Of a stretch of DNA of 64,000 nucleotides, positions 51,306-63,560 are shown in pieces (the stretch's first letter is position 1; each line of letters starts with the position of its first letter). The notes beneath the pieces are model-generated. The model did not search any database and was not told the origin of the DNA. It saw only the letters and a program-made list of their open reading frames with translations. Source of the DNA: Squalus acanthias (taxonomy: Eukaryota); assembly GCA_030390025.1 (NCBI GenBank), contig CM059425.1:174532001-174596000 (forward strand). The letters run 5' to 3'. The translations under genes were made by a program, and so were the position numbers.

Positions 51306-52392
51306 TGGGGTAATTTTAACCCCCAAAAATGGGTGGATTTGGGTCGGGTGGGAAGTTAAAACATTTTAAATTTCAAACCTGAACCCAACACGCCTCAAAC
51401 CCCCCCCATTCCAGTTTTAATGGAGGTGGGACAGGGGGCGGGTGACCATTCCGTTCTCAGGGGGAAAAAAAGGAGACGGGTTGTCATTGAAAGCTTAAGG
51501 AAGCTGCGTGCCTCCATTTTAACATGCTTTCTATTTTTAACGAATGTCAGCCAGGTTTCCCTGGCCTAGGGAAACCCAGCAGGTAAAAGGAGGCAAGAAG
51601 GGCTGGATTCATGAGATAAGTGCCTTTACACACTGCTTGTGGGCTAGGAGGAGCAGGAGTGTTGTCTCCTGGCCCAACAAGCTACACTGTAAACCACCCT
51701 GCGAGCTGTCCAACCCCTCACCTCCACGATCTCAGAGCACCCACCCGCCGGCCCCCGAGATCAATCGACCCCACCCCACCACCACTAGACCTACCTGCTC
51801 CTCCGCTGCATCCTTCTGCTGCAAGCTGCCCGACAGACAGCCAGCCTGTCAATCAAGCTGGTGGTTGTCAGGCAGGAAACCTGGAGTAAAAATTAAAAAA
51901 CTACAGGACTTGGAGCAGAGAAGGCCAAGAGGAGATTTGATAGAAGTGTTTAAAATCATGAACGGTTTAGACAGAGTAAATAAAGAGAAACTGTTTCCAA
52001 TGGCTGAAGGGTCGATAGCCAAAGGGCACAGATTTAAGATGATTGGCAAAAGAACCAGAGGCAACATGAAGCAAAATCTTTTTTATACGAGTGGTTAGGA
52101 TTTGGAATGCACTGCCTGATGGGGTGGTGGATATAGATTCAATAGTAGCTTTCAAGAGAATTGGATAAATACTTGAAGGAAAAAAATTTGCAGGGATATG
52201 GAGAAAGAGCAGGGGAATGGGACTAACTGGATTGCTCTTCGAAAGAACCTGGCGCAAACTCAATGGGCCGAATGGCCTCCTTCTGTGCTGTACTATTCTA
52301 TGATTCTAGGACATTTGGGAAACCAGGGTTTCCCCATCTATAACTCCTCCCCGCCCCCACTCCAAATGCACGGCTCGGACAATATCGGGGCC
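51306..52392. mobile_element. Non-autonomous Harbinger derivative with a CR1 3' end (about 51905-52308) nested
   Basis: Ends TGGGGTAATTTTAACC and AATATCGGGGCC resemble the two ends of 10670-18674; TSD GAT/CAT. Confidence 0.7.
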
Positions 52393-53859
52393 CATGTCTA
52401 CATTTCTAAAAGGGTCGAGAGATGGTTGAAGGAAAGGGGAATAAAGGGATATGGGAACTTCAAGCATACAGCTCATGTGGAGGATAAACACCAGCATGGA
52501 CAGTTTGAGCTGTTTCCATGTTGCAATTTCAATGTAATTCTATGTAATATAATCTAAGTTTACCGAGTCTCTCATCTCTCATCATAACGCAGTCCTTTTA
52601 TCCCTGGTATTATGTTGGTGAACAGTTTGGACTTCATCCAAGGACAGTATATTTTTCTTCAACCGGAGTACCCAAAAACGAACACTATATTCAAAATCGC
52701 ATTCTGTGAAGTTGTGTTACTGTTACCATGCTGTTATATTCTAAACCTCTTGTGCTGAGGTCCAGCATCCCATTGGTCTTTTGGATTGTTCTTTGCATAT
52801 GCAACCTAGCTTTTAGTTACTTATGTACCAGGATCCCTAAATCCTGTTATGCAACAGCAATTTCCCCTGATCTTTAGAAGAAAAAAAGTCATATCACTAG
52901 AGCACAATGATTAGCTTCCTCTTTATTGTGCACGTGACCAGGTTGTAAATTATGAGGGCATTTGTTTTATTGGTTATTACGAGGGATATGGCAGCTTTTA
53001 TATTAAAGGAAAATACATTAAGGGATCAGATGACACCATAAACTACAAGAGTGAAATATAAGTAGCTCATTGCCATCTGAATCCCACAATATGTTGTGTC
53101 TTGTTATTCTATATAATACACACAGGAGCAGCTCACAGGGTGTCTTGCTGTGTTTTGGATGTCTTTTCTGAAGGTAGGAGTTATGGTGAACAGTAACAGA
53201 TAGCAAGCTCCAGAAATCAAATCACATACCTTGAACTGAAGTAACACTTGGTTTTATTTCACTGCATGTTACAGAGGAATAGTACATACTGTATATGTTA
53301 TATGTTTAAATCATGTTTTGTGGGACTATTTTAAAATTGTAGCTTGACTCACTGGGACTGTAACTACAAAAAAGTACTGGGTCAAATTTTTAGTCCTGCC
53401 AATGGGAGCTTGCCATCAGTGGGATGGAGGAAATAGCTCACAGCTGCAAGTGCTTTTTAAAGAGCCAGTTTGTACAGGCCATATACAACATCTTATTGCC
53501 TCTCAGGGCTCTGCCTCATTCAGCCCATCCATTCTCCCTCCCCATGACAAAAAATGTGCCAGAAAGTGGGCAGGACTATGCCGCAACAAACAGACGTGGT
53601 GAAAGCAGTTTTGGGCCATCTCATGGTTTAGTACAAGATGATACAGGCCACCTCAAGCCCAAAGGGCTTTGTGGATATCCAACAGACACCTTATTGCTTA
53701 GAAGACACCGAGTCACTTTGTAAAAACACTCCTTCAACATCTCTGTCTTCGTTAGGAACCAGTATCAATAATGTTAAACTGGAGAAGAATTGAAAAAATT
53801 CAAACCTGTACTGTGTAATATTCTCTATTATTTATCCTCCCATTTCCACAGAGTTCATT

Positions 53860-54080
53860 ATATATTATTTCCTCAGCTCCCATTTTCTCTCCATGCCCTT
53901 CCTCTCCTAAAGGCAGTTAAAACACCCTGGAAAACAGTTCCGTTAATTTTGGCCAGCCAACACATTCATCGCACAAAACTCATTTTTCATGTGCAAGTCT
54001 GAACAAAGCCATTGACAGCCTATTCATCTATGGTGGTCGTCATGCTCAAAGCCAACTGTATCCTCAACTAAAATTGTCAT
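53860..54080 (-). mobile_element. AmnSINE2-like fragment
   Basis: CATTTTTCATGTGCAAGTCTG..AGCCTATTC matches the reverse complement of the SINE 3' part. Confidence 0.45.
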
Positions 54081-55564
54081 TTCAAGCTTCCAAATGTAGT
54101 TGTTCCCTACCCCCACTCGCTGTCCTGGGTAAGTCTGGCTAACTGTGCAAATGAGGAAGTGAAGCTGGGCCCTTCCTTGTGGACTTATCCACTGGGGAGT
54201 GGGAAGAAACAACTTTTTCCCATTGACAGTTTTAACAAATTACAGGGAACATAGAAAGTTCTCTGTGTACATCACAAATGGTAAGACAGAGGAGGAAAAA
54301 AACCTAAATTTACATTATATTTTAATAAAATGAAATATCACAAAAAGTACACAAAACACTGAACTCAAAATTTGAATTTCAGATGTCTTCATCCAATTGT
54401 GTGGAGTAGTTAGAGTATATTTTGAAGAGATTGGACTTGATCATAGTTAGGGAAGGAATAAGAAAGGCCAATGTTTTAAAAGGTGCCACACCATAGTAAG
54501 CTATTAACAAGGGGTCAGCAAAGGCATGCACAGTATGCTTACCCAGCTATGTTGTGGGGAGGTCTGTGTTTATTCTGCACATTCCCAAATTGTGTAGGTC
54601 AGTACAATAAGCAAACAAATGGTCCACTGCCCAAGACTTTTGGTTATTTTAAGTACCAACTGCAGAAAACTTCAGACTTTGAGATGGAATCCAATGAATC
54701 TAATAAGTAACTTTCAAAGTTCAATGACTTATTAAAAGGAGGAAGGGACAAGATACAAACAGCACTTTTCCTGTCTCTTTGGTCACTGCTGTTCGATAAT
54801 AAGGATAAGTTTAATTTACTTGGTTTGATTAATTAGTAACTTAATTAAACTATAGATCGAGGCTTGGGAGCAGTTTGTGTGCCTCCTCTTGATTACAAAA
54901 TTTACAGATGGGAACGTAGAAAGAGGGAAGTAGGAAACATGACCATGTTTAAGAGTCTCTAAAACAAACTACAGAAAAATCCATATCTGTATTTTCTATT
55001 TACCTGATATTGATGCACACTGTCTCCACAGAAGGACATACTCTATCTACCTAAGCTCAGGTTGGTAAAACCAAAGATTGGTAATTGAGAGCTGTCAGGA
55101 GTTCTGCTGAGACCCAAAACTTAAACAAAAAATGCTCCACTAGCTCCCTGAGGAGCTGAAGATTGAAATCACTGACATTTTATTGGTCCCTTCCTGCAAT
55201 CTCATAAGCGTGGACTACGTACACCAAGCATGCAAATGACCCCAATTTGGCTTAGGGTCAGTATCGCACTCCAGGGCCAGACTTAACACGCGCTCCACCA
55301 CATTTGACTAACTGAGCGGGCCCATCGGAACTTCAGGCCCACAAACTTTAAAGCTCAAGCATTTCACACAGATTTTTTTTTTTTAACTTATAATTTAAGA
55401 CGTTTACTGCAGTGTCTATACTTATTAACATCACTTTACAACAACATCTAAGCTTTAACATGCATGTTATAAAATTCCATATTAGTTATGTGCAGATTAA
55501 AAACTAAAACAGCTCAACTCTCTGGCATTTAAAACACACTCCTGCTTAAAAATATAAGTCACAA

Positions 55565-55915
55565 GCCCCAGTGGCTCAGTTAGTAAAGATAGCATGTAAC
55601 TGACCCCTGTAGACCACAAGGTTGGACGTTTGATCCCCAGTCTCTGCTGAGTTAACTGTTTTCAGTTGGGGTGCTACAATTAGCATCCTAGGATCATGGA
55701 GAGGAAAATCATCTCGCAGTCTCATTCTTGATCACCATCCAATGATCAATGGTGGGATTGGACTCAGCTGTAATGCTCCATGTGCTTGAATAGCTCAATG
55801 ACACCCACCGTCTAGGCCCACACATGAAGAATAGCTACCCCTGGGCAAAGGCATTGGATCACAATCGGAAGAACTAGCCCAATATGAACACCTTTAGGGG
55901 GGAGTGGAGAAAAAT
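55565..55915 (+). mobile_element. AmnSINE2-like SINE
   Basis: TGGCTCAGTTAG, GTTTGATCCCCAGTCTCTGCTGAGTTA, GCTACAATT, CACACATGAAGAAT. Confidence 0.7.
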
Positions 55916-57249
55916 ATAATAAAATAAATAAAATTAAAGCTTCGACTGTTTAAAGAGTGGCAGTAAGCAGAGTAAGTTGTTAAATGCAACATCAGCTGAT
56001 TTCACGAGATAATTATAGATGAGGAAAGCCATTCGGCCCATCTTAATTCATCCATCCAGAGAGATCCTAAAGCCCCACCCCACCCATTTCAGCATCCAAT
56101 TATTTCTTAAGATTCCAGCATTTTTGCCTCCACTATACTTACAAGAAGTCTACTCCATAGATTGATCAATCTTTGTTTGCGGTCCTAAATTTACCTTGCA
56201 CCTATGCCCCCTTAACCTACTCTCATAATTGAGTTTAAAATAATATATGGATTTACGTTTTTTCCTTAACTATTTTACATACCTCAATCACCTCTCAGAC
56301 ACCTCCTGTCCTCCTCCTCTCCACTGGCTGGAATCATACCTAGCACAAAGGAAGATGGTTGTGGTGGTTGAAGATCAATCATCACAGTCCCAGGACATCG
56401 CTGCAGGAGTTCCTCAGGGCAGTGTCCTAAGCCCAACCATCTTCAGCTGCTTCATCAATGACCTTCCCTCCAACATAAGGTCAGAAATGGGGATGTTCGC
56501 TGATGACTGCACAGTGTTCAGTGCCATTCCCAACTCCTCAGATAATGAAGTAGTCCATGCCCGTATGCAACAAGATCTGGACGACGTTCAGGCTTGGGCT
56601 GATAAGTGGCAGGTAACATTCGCGCCACACAACTGCCAGGCAATGACCATCTCCAACAAGCAAGAGTCTAACCACTTCTCCTTGACATTCAATGGCATTA
56701 CCATCGCCGAATCTCCCACCATCAACATCCTGGGGGTCACCATTGACTCGAAACTTAACTGGACCAGCCACATAAATACAGTGGCAACAAGAGCAAGTCA
56801 GAGGCTAGGTATTCTGCGGCGAGTGTCTCACCTCCTGACTCCCCAAAGCCTTTCCACCATCTACAAGGCACAAGTAAGGAGTGTGATGGAATACTCTCCA
56901 CTTGCCTGGATGACTGCAGCTCCAACAACACTCAAGATGCTCGACACCATCCAGGACAAAGCAGCCCACTTGATTGGCACCCCATCCACCACCTTAAACA
57001 TTCACTCCCTCCACCACCGGCGTACCGTGGCTGCAGTGTGTACCATCTACAAGATGCACTGCAGCAACTCGCCAAGGCTTCTTCGGCAGCACCTCCCAAA
57101 CCCGCGACCTCTTCCACCTAGAAGGACAAGGGCAGCAGGCGCATGGGAACACCATCACCTCCAAGTTCCCCTCCAAGTCACACACCATCCTGACTTAGAA
57201 GTATATCGACGATCCTTCATCGTCGCTGGGTCAAAATCCTGGAACGCCC

Positions 57250-57443
57250 TGTGGTAACACAATACAGCTTCCTGTGACTCGAACTTTATTGCATCACTTC
57301 CTGTGATTAGTCCAGGATAAATACTGGACTGATCAGTTGGATCCTGGAGAGGCATAGAGTAAGACCTCTTTTGCATGTAGCACCTTTTTAGTTGATTAAA
57401 GCTTACTTTAAGTTCACCACGCGTAAGGCTCATTCTTACGACA
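57250..57443 (+). repeat. 5' LTR
   Basis: TGTGGTAAC...CTTACGACA; identical to 61499-61692. Confidence 0.97.
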
Positions 57444-57521
57444 ATTTAATCAACTTTGAAAAACTTCGCACTCAAACTTTTTGGACGAACTCGGAACTAA
57501 GGATCCAGGGAATCACCCATC

Positions 57522-59732
57522 ATGGAAAACATCCTTAAACCATCGCGTCTTGACTTGGACCCAAACACCCCAGCAGCCGGTAAGGTGTGGAAACACTGGT
57601 ATCGCACGTTTGACAATTTTCTCGAATATTGCAAGGCTGATGATGACTCAAAGTTACGGATACTCATCAACTGTGTCACCCCGAATGTATTTCAGTATGT
57701 CGAGGAATGGGGCAGTTACGAGGAGGCAATTCGGACGCTTAAAAGACTATATACTAAGACACCGAATGAGGTCTATGCCAGACATCTACTAGCTGCAGCC
57801 CAACAAGGGCCGGAGGAATCCATTGATAAATTCCTCCAAGAGCTTCGCAGACTTAGTATGGACTGTAACTTTCAGGCGGCCTCAGCTGAGCTGTACCGTG
57901 AAGAAATGATCCGTGATGCTTTCATCTGCGGGCTTGCCTCCCCATTTATACGCCAGCGTCTACTGGAAAGTAAGACACTTGAGCTTCAGAGAGCTTATGA
58001 CATGGCTTGCTCTCTCGATCTGGCAAAAAGAAATGCAGACCTTTATACAGTGCCCAGACCTCGGTCTACTGCCTTAACTACAGTCAGGCAATTTAAGAGG
58101 CCACAGGTGAACTCTATTAGGGAGGACTTTATCCCTGACGATCAATCTGATGACTTCACTGATGAAGACGATGATGACCCCACTGTGGCAGCCTCTTGGC
58201 AATCTAAGAAATGCTTCTTTTGTGGTGATGAGTTTCACCCTCGGAAATTCTGCCCTGCTCGCAATGCGTTTTGCAGTCATTGCAACAAAAAGGGTCATTT
58301 TGCAAAGGTTTGCCTATCAAGAGCCTCTACGAGGGCTTATCAAGCTAAGTCCTACCGAACTGCCCCGGTAAGGGCCTATCAAGATGTTCCGGCTAAAATC
58401 TATCGTGCTTCCTCTCGGGTTTTCTCTCGAAGAAACACACCTAGAGTTTCAGCCACTCTTTGTGCAACGACACCAATTACAGCTGCTTGTCCTCAGAACC
58501 TATTCCATGCAGCTACAAAAGCATCAATTAATGGACATACTTTAGATGCCTTAATTGACTCAGGTAGCACTGATAGTTTCATTAGGGAACAGATTGTTGC
58601 AGAGTTAAAGCTACATGTTTTCCCATCGGACCAGGCAATTGCGATGGCTCAGTCATCACTTACTACCAGAATTTCTGGCTTTTGTATGGTTGAAATAACA
58701 CTTAATGGTCACAGGTATCCCTCCACCCGGCTTTCGGTGCTCAAGGACTTATGTAGTGATCTTATCTTAGGGCTGGATTTTCAAAAGCAGCATAAGAAGC
58801 TCACCATTGAGTTCGGCGGATCCAAACCTGAACTCACTATTTCTAATATACTACCTCGATTACCGTTCTGTGCATTGTCAGCAGCTTCACTGGATGAACC
58901 CTCACGGTTTACTAGTATCCCTCCTCAATGCAAACCGATTATAACAAAGTCACGACGTTTCAGTCAGGAAGACCAGTCTTTTATTGCGGCTGAGATTTCT
59001 CGGCTTTTAGCAGAGGATATCATCGAGCCTTGTTCGTCGCCATGGCGCGCCCAGGTCGTTATTGTTAAGAACCCTCTACAACCTCACAAGAAACGGCTGT
59101 GCATTGACTATTCACAGACCATCAATCAATATACGGACTTGGACGCATACCCATTGCCGCGCATCGATGATATGGTTAATAAACTGGCTGAGTACACGGT
59201 CTTCTCAACATATGATCTGAAAAGTGCCTATCATCAGGTACCCTTGAAGGTCTCAGACAAGCAGTATACGGCCTTTGAAGCCAATGGACGGCTGTATCAA
59301 TTTCGTCGCCTCCCCTTTGGGGTCACTAATGGAGTGGCTGTCTTCCAGCGAGCAATGGATGACCTGGTCAAACAGGAAGACTTGAAGGATACGTTTCCTT
59401 ATCTGGACAATATTACTATCGCAGGTCGCAATCAGCGGGAACATGACGCCAATCTCCAACGATTTTGGGATGCACTCCAGCACCGTAATTTGACATTAAA
59501 TGCGGCTAAATCCATTGAGTCACAACCAACCATCAACATCCTTGGCTATTGTGTGGGCAATGGCATCATTAAACCTGACCCTGAAAGGCTTCGCCCACTC
59601 CAAGAACTCCCGCCACCTAAGAATCCGGCCTCCTTGCGCCGGGCCCTCGGCCTGTTTGCATACTATGCTAAATGGATTCCTAACTTCTCGGACCGAATCC
59701 AACCTCTACTGAAGGCAGCACATTCCCACTAG
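57522..59732 (+). CDS. Gypsy gag-pol polyprotein (gag zinc knuckles, protease, RT); frameshifted near 59715
   Basis: CFFCGDEFHPRKFC / CSHCNKKGHFAKVC; LIDSGS; RLCIDY, YPLPRID, DLKSAYHQV, LPFGV, YLDN. Confidence 0.93.
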   Translation: MENILKPSRLDLDPNTPAAGKVWKHWYRTFDNFLEYCKADDDSKLRILINCVTPNVFQYVEEWGSYEEAIRTLKRLYTKTPNEVYARHLLAAAQQGPEESIDKFLQELRRLSMDCNFQAASAELYREEMIRDAFICGLASPFIRQRLLESKTLELQRAYDMACSLDLAKRNADLYTVPRPRSTALTTVRQFKRPQVNSIREDFIPDDQSDDFTDEDDDDPTVAASWQSKKCFFCGDEFHPRKFCPARNAFCSHCNKKGHFAKVCLSRASTRAYQAKSYRTAPVRAYQDVPAKIYRASSRVFSRRNTPRVSATLCATTPITAACPQNLFHAATKASINGHTLDALIDSGSTDSFIREQIVAELKLHVFPSDQAIAMAQSSLTTRISGFCMVEITLNGHRYPSTRLSVLKDLCSDLILGLDFQKQHKKLTIEFGGSKPELTISNILPRLPFCALSAASLDEPSRFTSIPPQCKPIITKSRRFSQEDQSFIAAEISRLLAEDIIEPCSSPWRAQVVIVKNPLQPHKKRLCIDYSQTINQYTDLDAYPLPRIDDMVNKLAEYTVFSTYDLKSAYHQVPLKVSDKQYTAFEANGRLYQFRRLPFGVTNGVAVFQRAMDDLVKQEDLKDTFPYLDNITIAGRNQREHDANLQRFWDALQHRNLTLNAAKSIESQPTINILGYCVGNGIIKPDPERLRPLQELPPPKNPASLRRALGLFAYYAKWIPNFSDRIQPLLKAAHSH

Positions 59733-61318
59733 ACACAGCGGCTGTTGCAGCCTTTAACCTCCTGAAAAAACAGTTGGAGAAAGCGGCTCTTCACTCCATC
59801 GATGAGAGTCTTCCTTTTGTTGTTGAGTGTGATGCCTCGGAGGTGGCGATCTCGGCCACTCTGAATCAGGAAGGTCGTCCGGTGGCATTTTTGTCCAGGA
59901 CTTTAAGGGGCTGAGCTACATTATCCTCCAGTCGAGAAAGAAGCTACAGCCATCATAGAGGCAGTACGGAAGTGGACTCATCTCCTAGCTCGCCAGCACT
60001 TTACCTTAATCACGTACCAGCGATCGGTCGCCTTCATGCTCGATAATCGAAAACGGACCAAAATTAAAAATAATAAAATCCAGCTTTGGCGGCTGGAATT
60101 GGCCTCTTTTGGTTACACCATCCACTATCGACCTGGCAAGGAGAATGTGGCTCCGGATACCCTCACACGAGCATTCTGCTCCGCCATGGCACCCTCTACG
60201 CTCGTAGACATCCATGATGGGTTGTCACATCCGGGCGTTACTCGCATGCTACACTTCGTGCGGTCCCGAAATCTCCCATTCTCTACCGGGGATGTAAAGA
60301 AGATGTGCTCGGACTGCAGAGTCTGTGCGGAATTGAAACCTCAGTTTTTCCGCCCCTCGGGTGGTATACTCATACATGCGACCCAGCCAATGCAATGGCT
60401 TAGCATCGATTTTAAGGGGCCGTTGCCCTCTTCAACTCGCAACACTTATCTATTGACCATGGTCGATGAGGTTTTCCGTTTGCCTTTCCCTGCCCCAATA
60501 TGCTGACAACCACGGTTATCAGCTGCCTTGAGCAGGTGTTTGCTTTCTGTGGCATGGCATCCTATGTTCATTCGGATCGGGGCCCTTCTTTTATGTCAGG
60601 AGAACTCAAGGCCTATCTCTCGGAACGGGGTATTGCTGCCAGCAGAACGACGCCTTATCATGGGAATGGGCAAGTCGAGCGTTTTAACGCTATCATCTGG
60701 AATGCGGTACGTCTGGCTTTGAGATCTCGGGGCCTACCCAACCAGCAATGGGAAGCAGTACTTCCAGACGCATTACACTCCACACGGTCCCTCCTTTCGA
60801 CCGCCACAAATACGATGCCTCATGAACGGTTCTTCCGATTTCAGCGTCGCTCATCCTATGGGATATCTCTCCCGTCGTGGCTGACTGCACCGGGACCAGT
60901 GCTACTCCGAAGATATGTTCGGGCATCTAAGAATGACCCCCTGGTAGATGAGGTTGAGCTCACTGACGTCAACCCTACCTACGCCTATATTCGGTATCCT
61001 GACGGTCGGGAATCTACCGTGTCATTGCGGGATCTGGCTCCCTGCCCGCCGAAACATAGAGGGACACCAGGGGATGATATTGTACCAGGCACATCTCTGG
61101 GCTCGCCAGGTGCCTCTCATCACGATCTGGATCTGACGCCGGCTGGTACCTCACTCCAGCGTGCCGACCTGGGGCAGACTGACTATGAGCCCGTCGGGGC
61201 TCGCACGCGCAGCCACGATCCACCCCGTACCGTACGCTCGGAAACGGATCTGCCACAGCCCTGCCCGACACCCGTTCGGGCACCAGTACACAGTCAGGAT
61301 CGTCCTGACCCCTCATAG
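59720..61318 (+). pseudogene. Gypsy RNase H + integrase, with frameshifts
   Basis: VECDASEVAISA, EKEATAII; HDGLSHPG..CSDCRVC; IDFKGP, HSDRG, NGQVERFN; frameshifts near 59910 and 60475-60500. Confidence 0.92.
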
Positions 61319-61467
61319 AGTGGGCTGGATCACTCGGACTCTGGTCCACGGCCCGCGGCGGGTAAATGGGCTAGGGGCCCTCTACCGCTACGAGAACCCA
61401 AACGGGTGCGGCTCTCCCTCGTCCGGCGGCTACGAAATGGAGGGAGCATCCCGGCCTCCTAATCTTT

Positions 61468-61498
61468 GGGGGGGGGGGGGGGGGGGGGGGGGAGAGAA
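61468..61498 (+). other. Polypurine tract (G25-AGAGAA)
   Basis: Purine-only run abutting the TG of the 3' LTR. Confidence 0.9.
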
Positions 61499-61692
61499 TG
61501 TGGTAACACAATACAGCTTCCTGTGACTCGAACTTTATTGCATCACTTCCTGTGATTAGTCCAGGATAAATACTGGACTGATCAGTTGGATCCTGGAGAG
61601 GCATAGAGTAAGACCTCTTTTGCATGTAGCACCTTTTTAGTTGATTAAAGCTTACTTTAAGTTCACCACGCGTAAGGCTCATTCTTACGACA
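61499..61692 (+). repeat. 3' LTR
   Basis: Identical to the 5' LTR. Confidence 0.97.
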
Positions 61693-61847
61693 CTCCCTAC
61701 CTAATAGCACTGAGGGAGTACCTTCACCACACGGACTGCAGTGGTTCAAGAAGGCGGCTCACCACCACCTTCTCAAGGGCAATTAGGGATGGGCAAAAAT
61801 GCTGGCCTTGCCAGTGACGCCCACATCCCATAAACGAATAATAAAAA

Positions 61848-62360
61848 AGGAAAGATATACTTGCCTTAGAGGAAATGCAACAAAGGCTCACTAGACTGAT
61901 TCCTGGGATGGGGGGACTGTCCTATGAGGAGAGATTGAGGAGGCGAGGCCTATATTCCCTGGAATTTAGAAGAATAAGCGACAATCTCATTGAAACATAT
62001 CAAATTCTGAAAGGGCTTGACAGGGTTGATGCTGGGAGGATGTTTCCCCTGGCTGGGGAGTCTAGAACTTGGGGTCACAGTCTCAGAAGGGGTCAGCCAT
62101 TTAGGACTGAGATGAGGAGAAATTTCTTCACTCAAAGGGTTGTGAATCTTTGGAATTCTCTACCCCAGTGGATGCTCAATCATTGATTATATTCAAGACA
62201 GAGATCGATAGATTTTTGGACAGTAAGGGAATTAAAGGATATGGGGATAGTGCGGGAAGGTGGAGTTGAGCTAGATCAGCCACGATCTTATTGAATGGCA
62301 GAGCAGGCTCGACGGGCCGAATGGCCTACTTATGCTCCTATTTCTTACATTCTTATGTTC
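61848..62360 (+). mobile_element. CR1 3' fragment
   Basis: ORF 61875-62186; (TTCTTATG) tail. Confidence 0.92.
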
Positions 62361-62384
62361 TTTAGTTGTTCTCTCATTTGCTTG

Positions 62385-63560
62385 AATGTGGCCCTTTTGA
62401 AGTGATGTAACTGACTCCTGGTCTTAGGTAGCTCTGACTCCCAGATAATGTTGAACATGATCATTCTGTGGTCACCATGACTTCAATTTCCTGCAGTTAT
62501 CTGGGACAAATACCAGGTCAAAATGAGCATCCCTCTTGTGACTTCCTTGATACACTGGGTCATGAAGCAGTTATGCATTGCATTTACCAGTTCTGAATCT
62601 AAACCACTTGGGTTTTTCCCAGTTTATATTTAGTTCACTGAAACCTCCCATTAAAATACTTATCTGTTCTCACATCTTGCTTCATGCAAGCTTGGATTTT
62701 TCCCTATGAGACATCTAACCAAAGTAATTTGTTTTGTAGTGTTCTCCCTCCCACAGAATCAACTTCATTTATCTCCCAGGTGTTCCTGGCATATAGGACA
62801 ACACCACCTTCTTTTCTGTGCACCCTGTATTTTCTGAAAACTCTATACCACTGAATGTTAAGTTAATTCCCATCCTCTGGATTTAGGCATGTTTCAATTA
62901 TTCCCACCACATCATAGTTCCCTACTGCCACACAACAGCCTCAAGTTGGTATCTCTGTCCATACTCACCTGTTAACTACTTTCTATCCTGCGATTCTTCT
63001 CATCTGGGATCCAGTTTCCACCCTGCCCACCCGCTCCACCTATCTATTTTGAATTATTCTTGATTGCTGCCTCAATGTTCTTCACATGTTTCTTCCTACC
63101 TACCTGGTTTAGGTGCCGCCTAAAATTTTTATTCTTAAAGTGTTCCCAGTTATTTATGAAGTTATTGTTCTTTTCGCACCCGGTTGCCAGCCACTGATTT
63201 ACATCCTCAATTTTCTTGGTGAAAGCTCCTTTCCCAAATACCAGAAGTATACTTGAAAATGTTACTCTGCATCCCCTATCTTTGAATTTTTAGGCAAAAA
63301 AATTTAACTTTTAAAGCCTTTACATTATTTCTCCCTTTGTCATTTAACCTTGAAAGAACTCTTGCCACTGCACCACTCACTGTCCCTTGCAGTAATCTTT
63401 CTAACCTTTCCTCAACATATACTGTTCTCACTCCAGATAGACAACTTACCTTCCTGTATGCATTGTCTTTACAACATGCATAGCTGTCCACTTTCCTGAA
63501 CAAGGAATCCTCTATGACTACAATTTCTCTGTGACTTGTAGACTGCATTTTAGTCCAAGC
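62385..63560 (-). mobile_element. Old CR1 5' part: ORF1 SGNH-esterase-like domain + APE endonuclease remnant
   Basis: IVVIEDSLFR...VSCLSGVR...RLNDKGR is a decayed VIGDS..CLPGAR..GTNDIG. Downstream remnants of GIIET and GGVVLY. Confidence 0.7.

Larger units (their letters stand above)
57250..61692 (+). mobile_element. Full-length Ty3/Gypsy LTR retrotransposon
   Basis: Identical 194-bp LTRs with TG...CA; 5-bp TSD CGCCC/CTCCC; gag-PR-RT-RH-IN order; PPT before the 3' LTR. Confidence 0.97.
56317..61847 (+). mobile_element. LINE family B, 5'-truncated, split by the Gypsy element
   Basis: ORF to 57257 ([13 protein letters not shown]). The 3' UTR and tail resume at 61693. Confidence 0.92.

Noticed and set aside
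53230..53261. Minus-strand mini-exon with AAG|GTATGT donor
   Set aside because: Would leave only a 62-nt intron to the 53167 acceptor, with no other support.
61161..61526. env-like or extra ORF in the Gypsy 3' region
   Set aside because: Short, no signal peptide or TM segment, and it runs through the poly-G PPT into the LTR.
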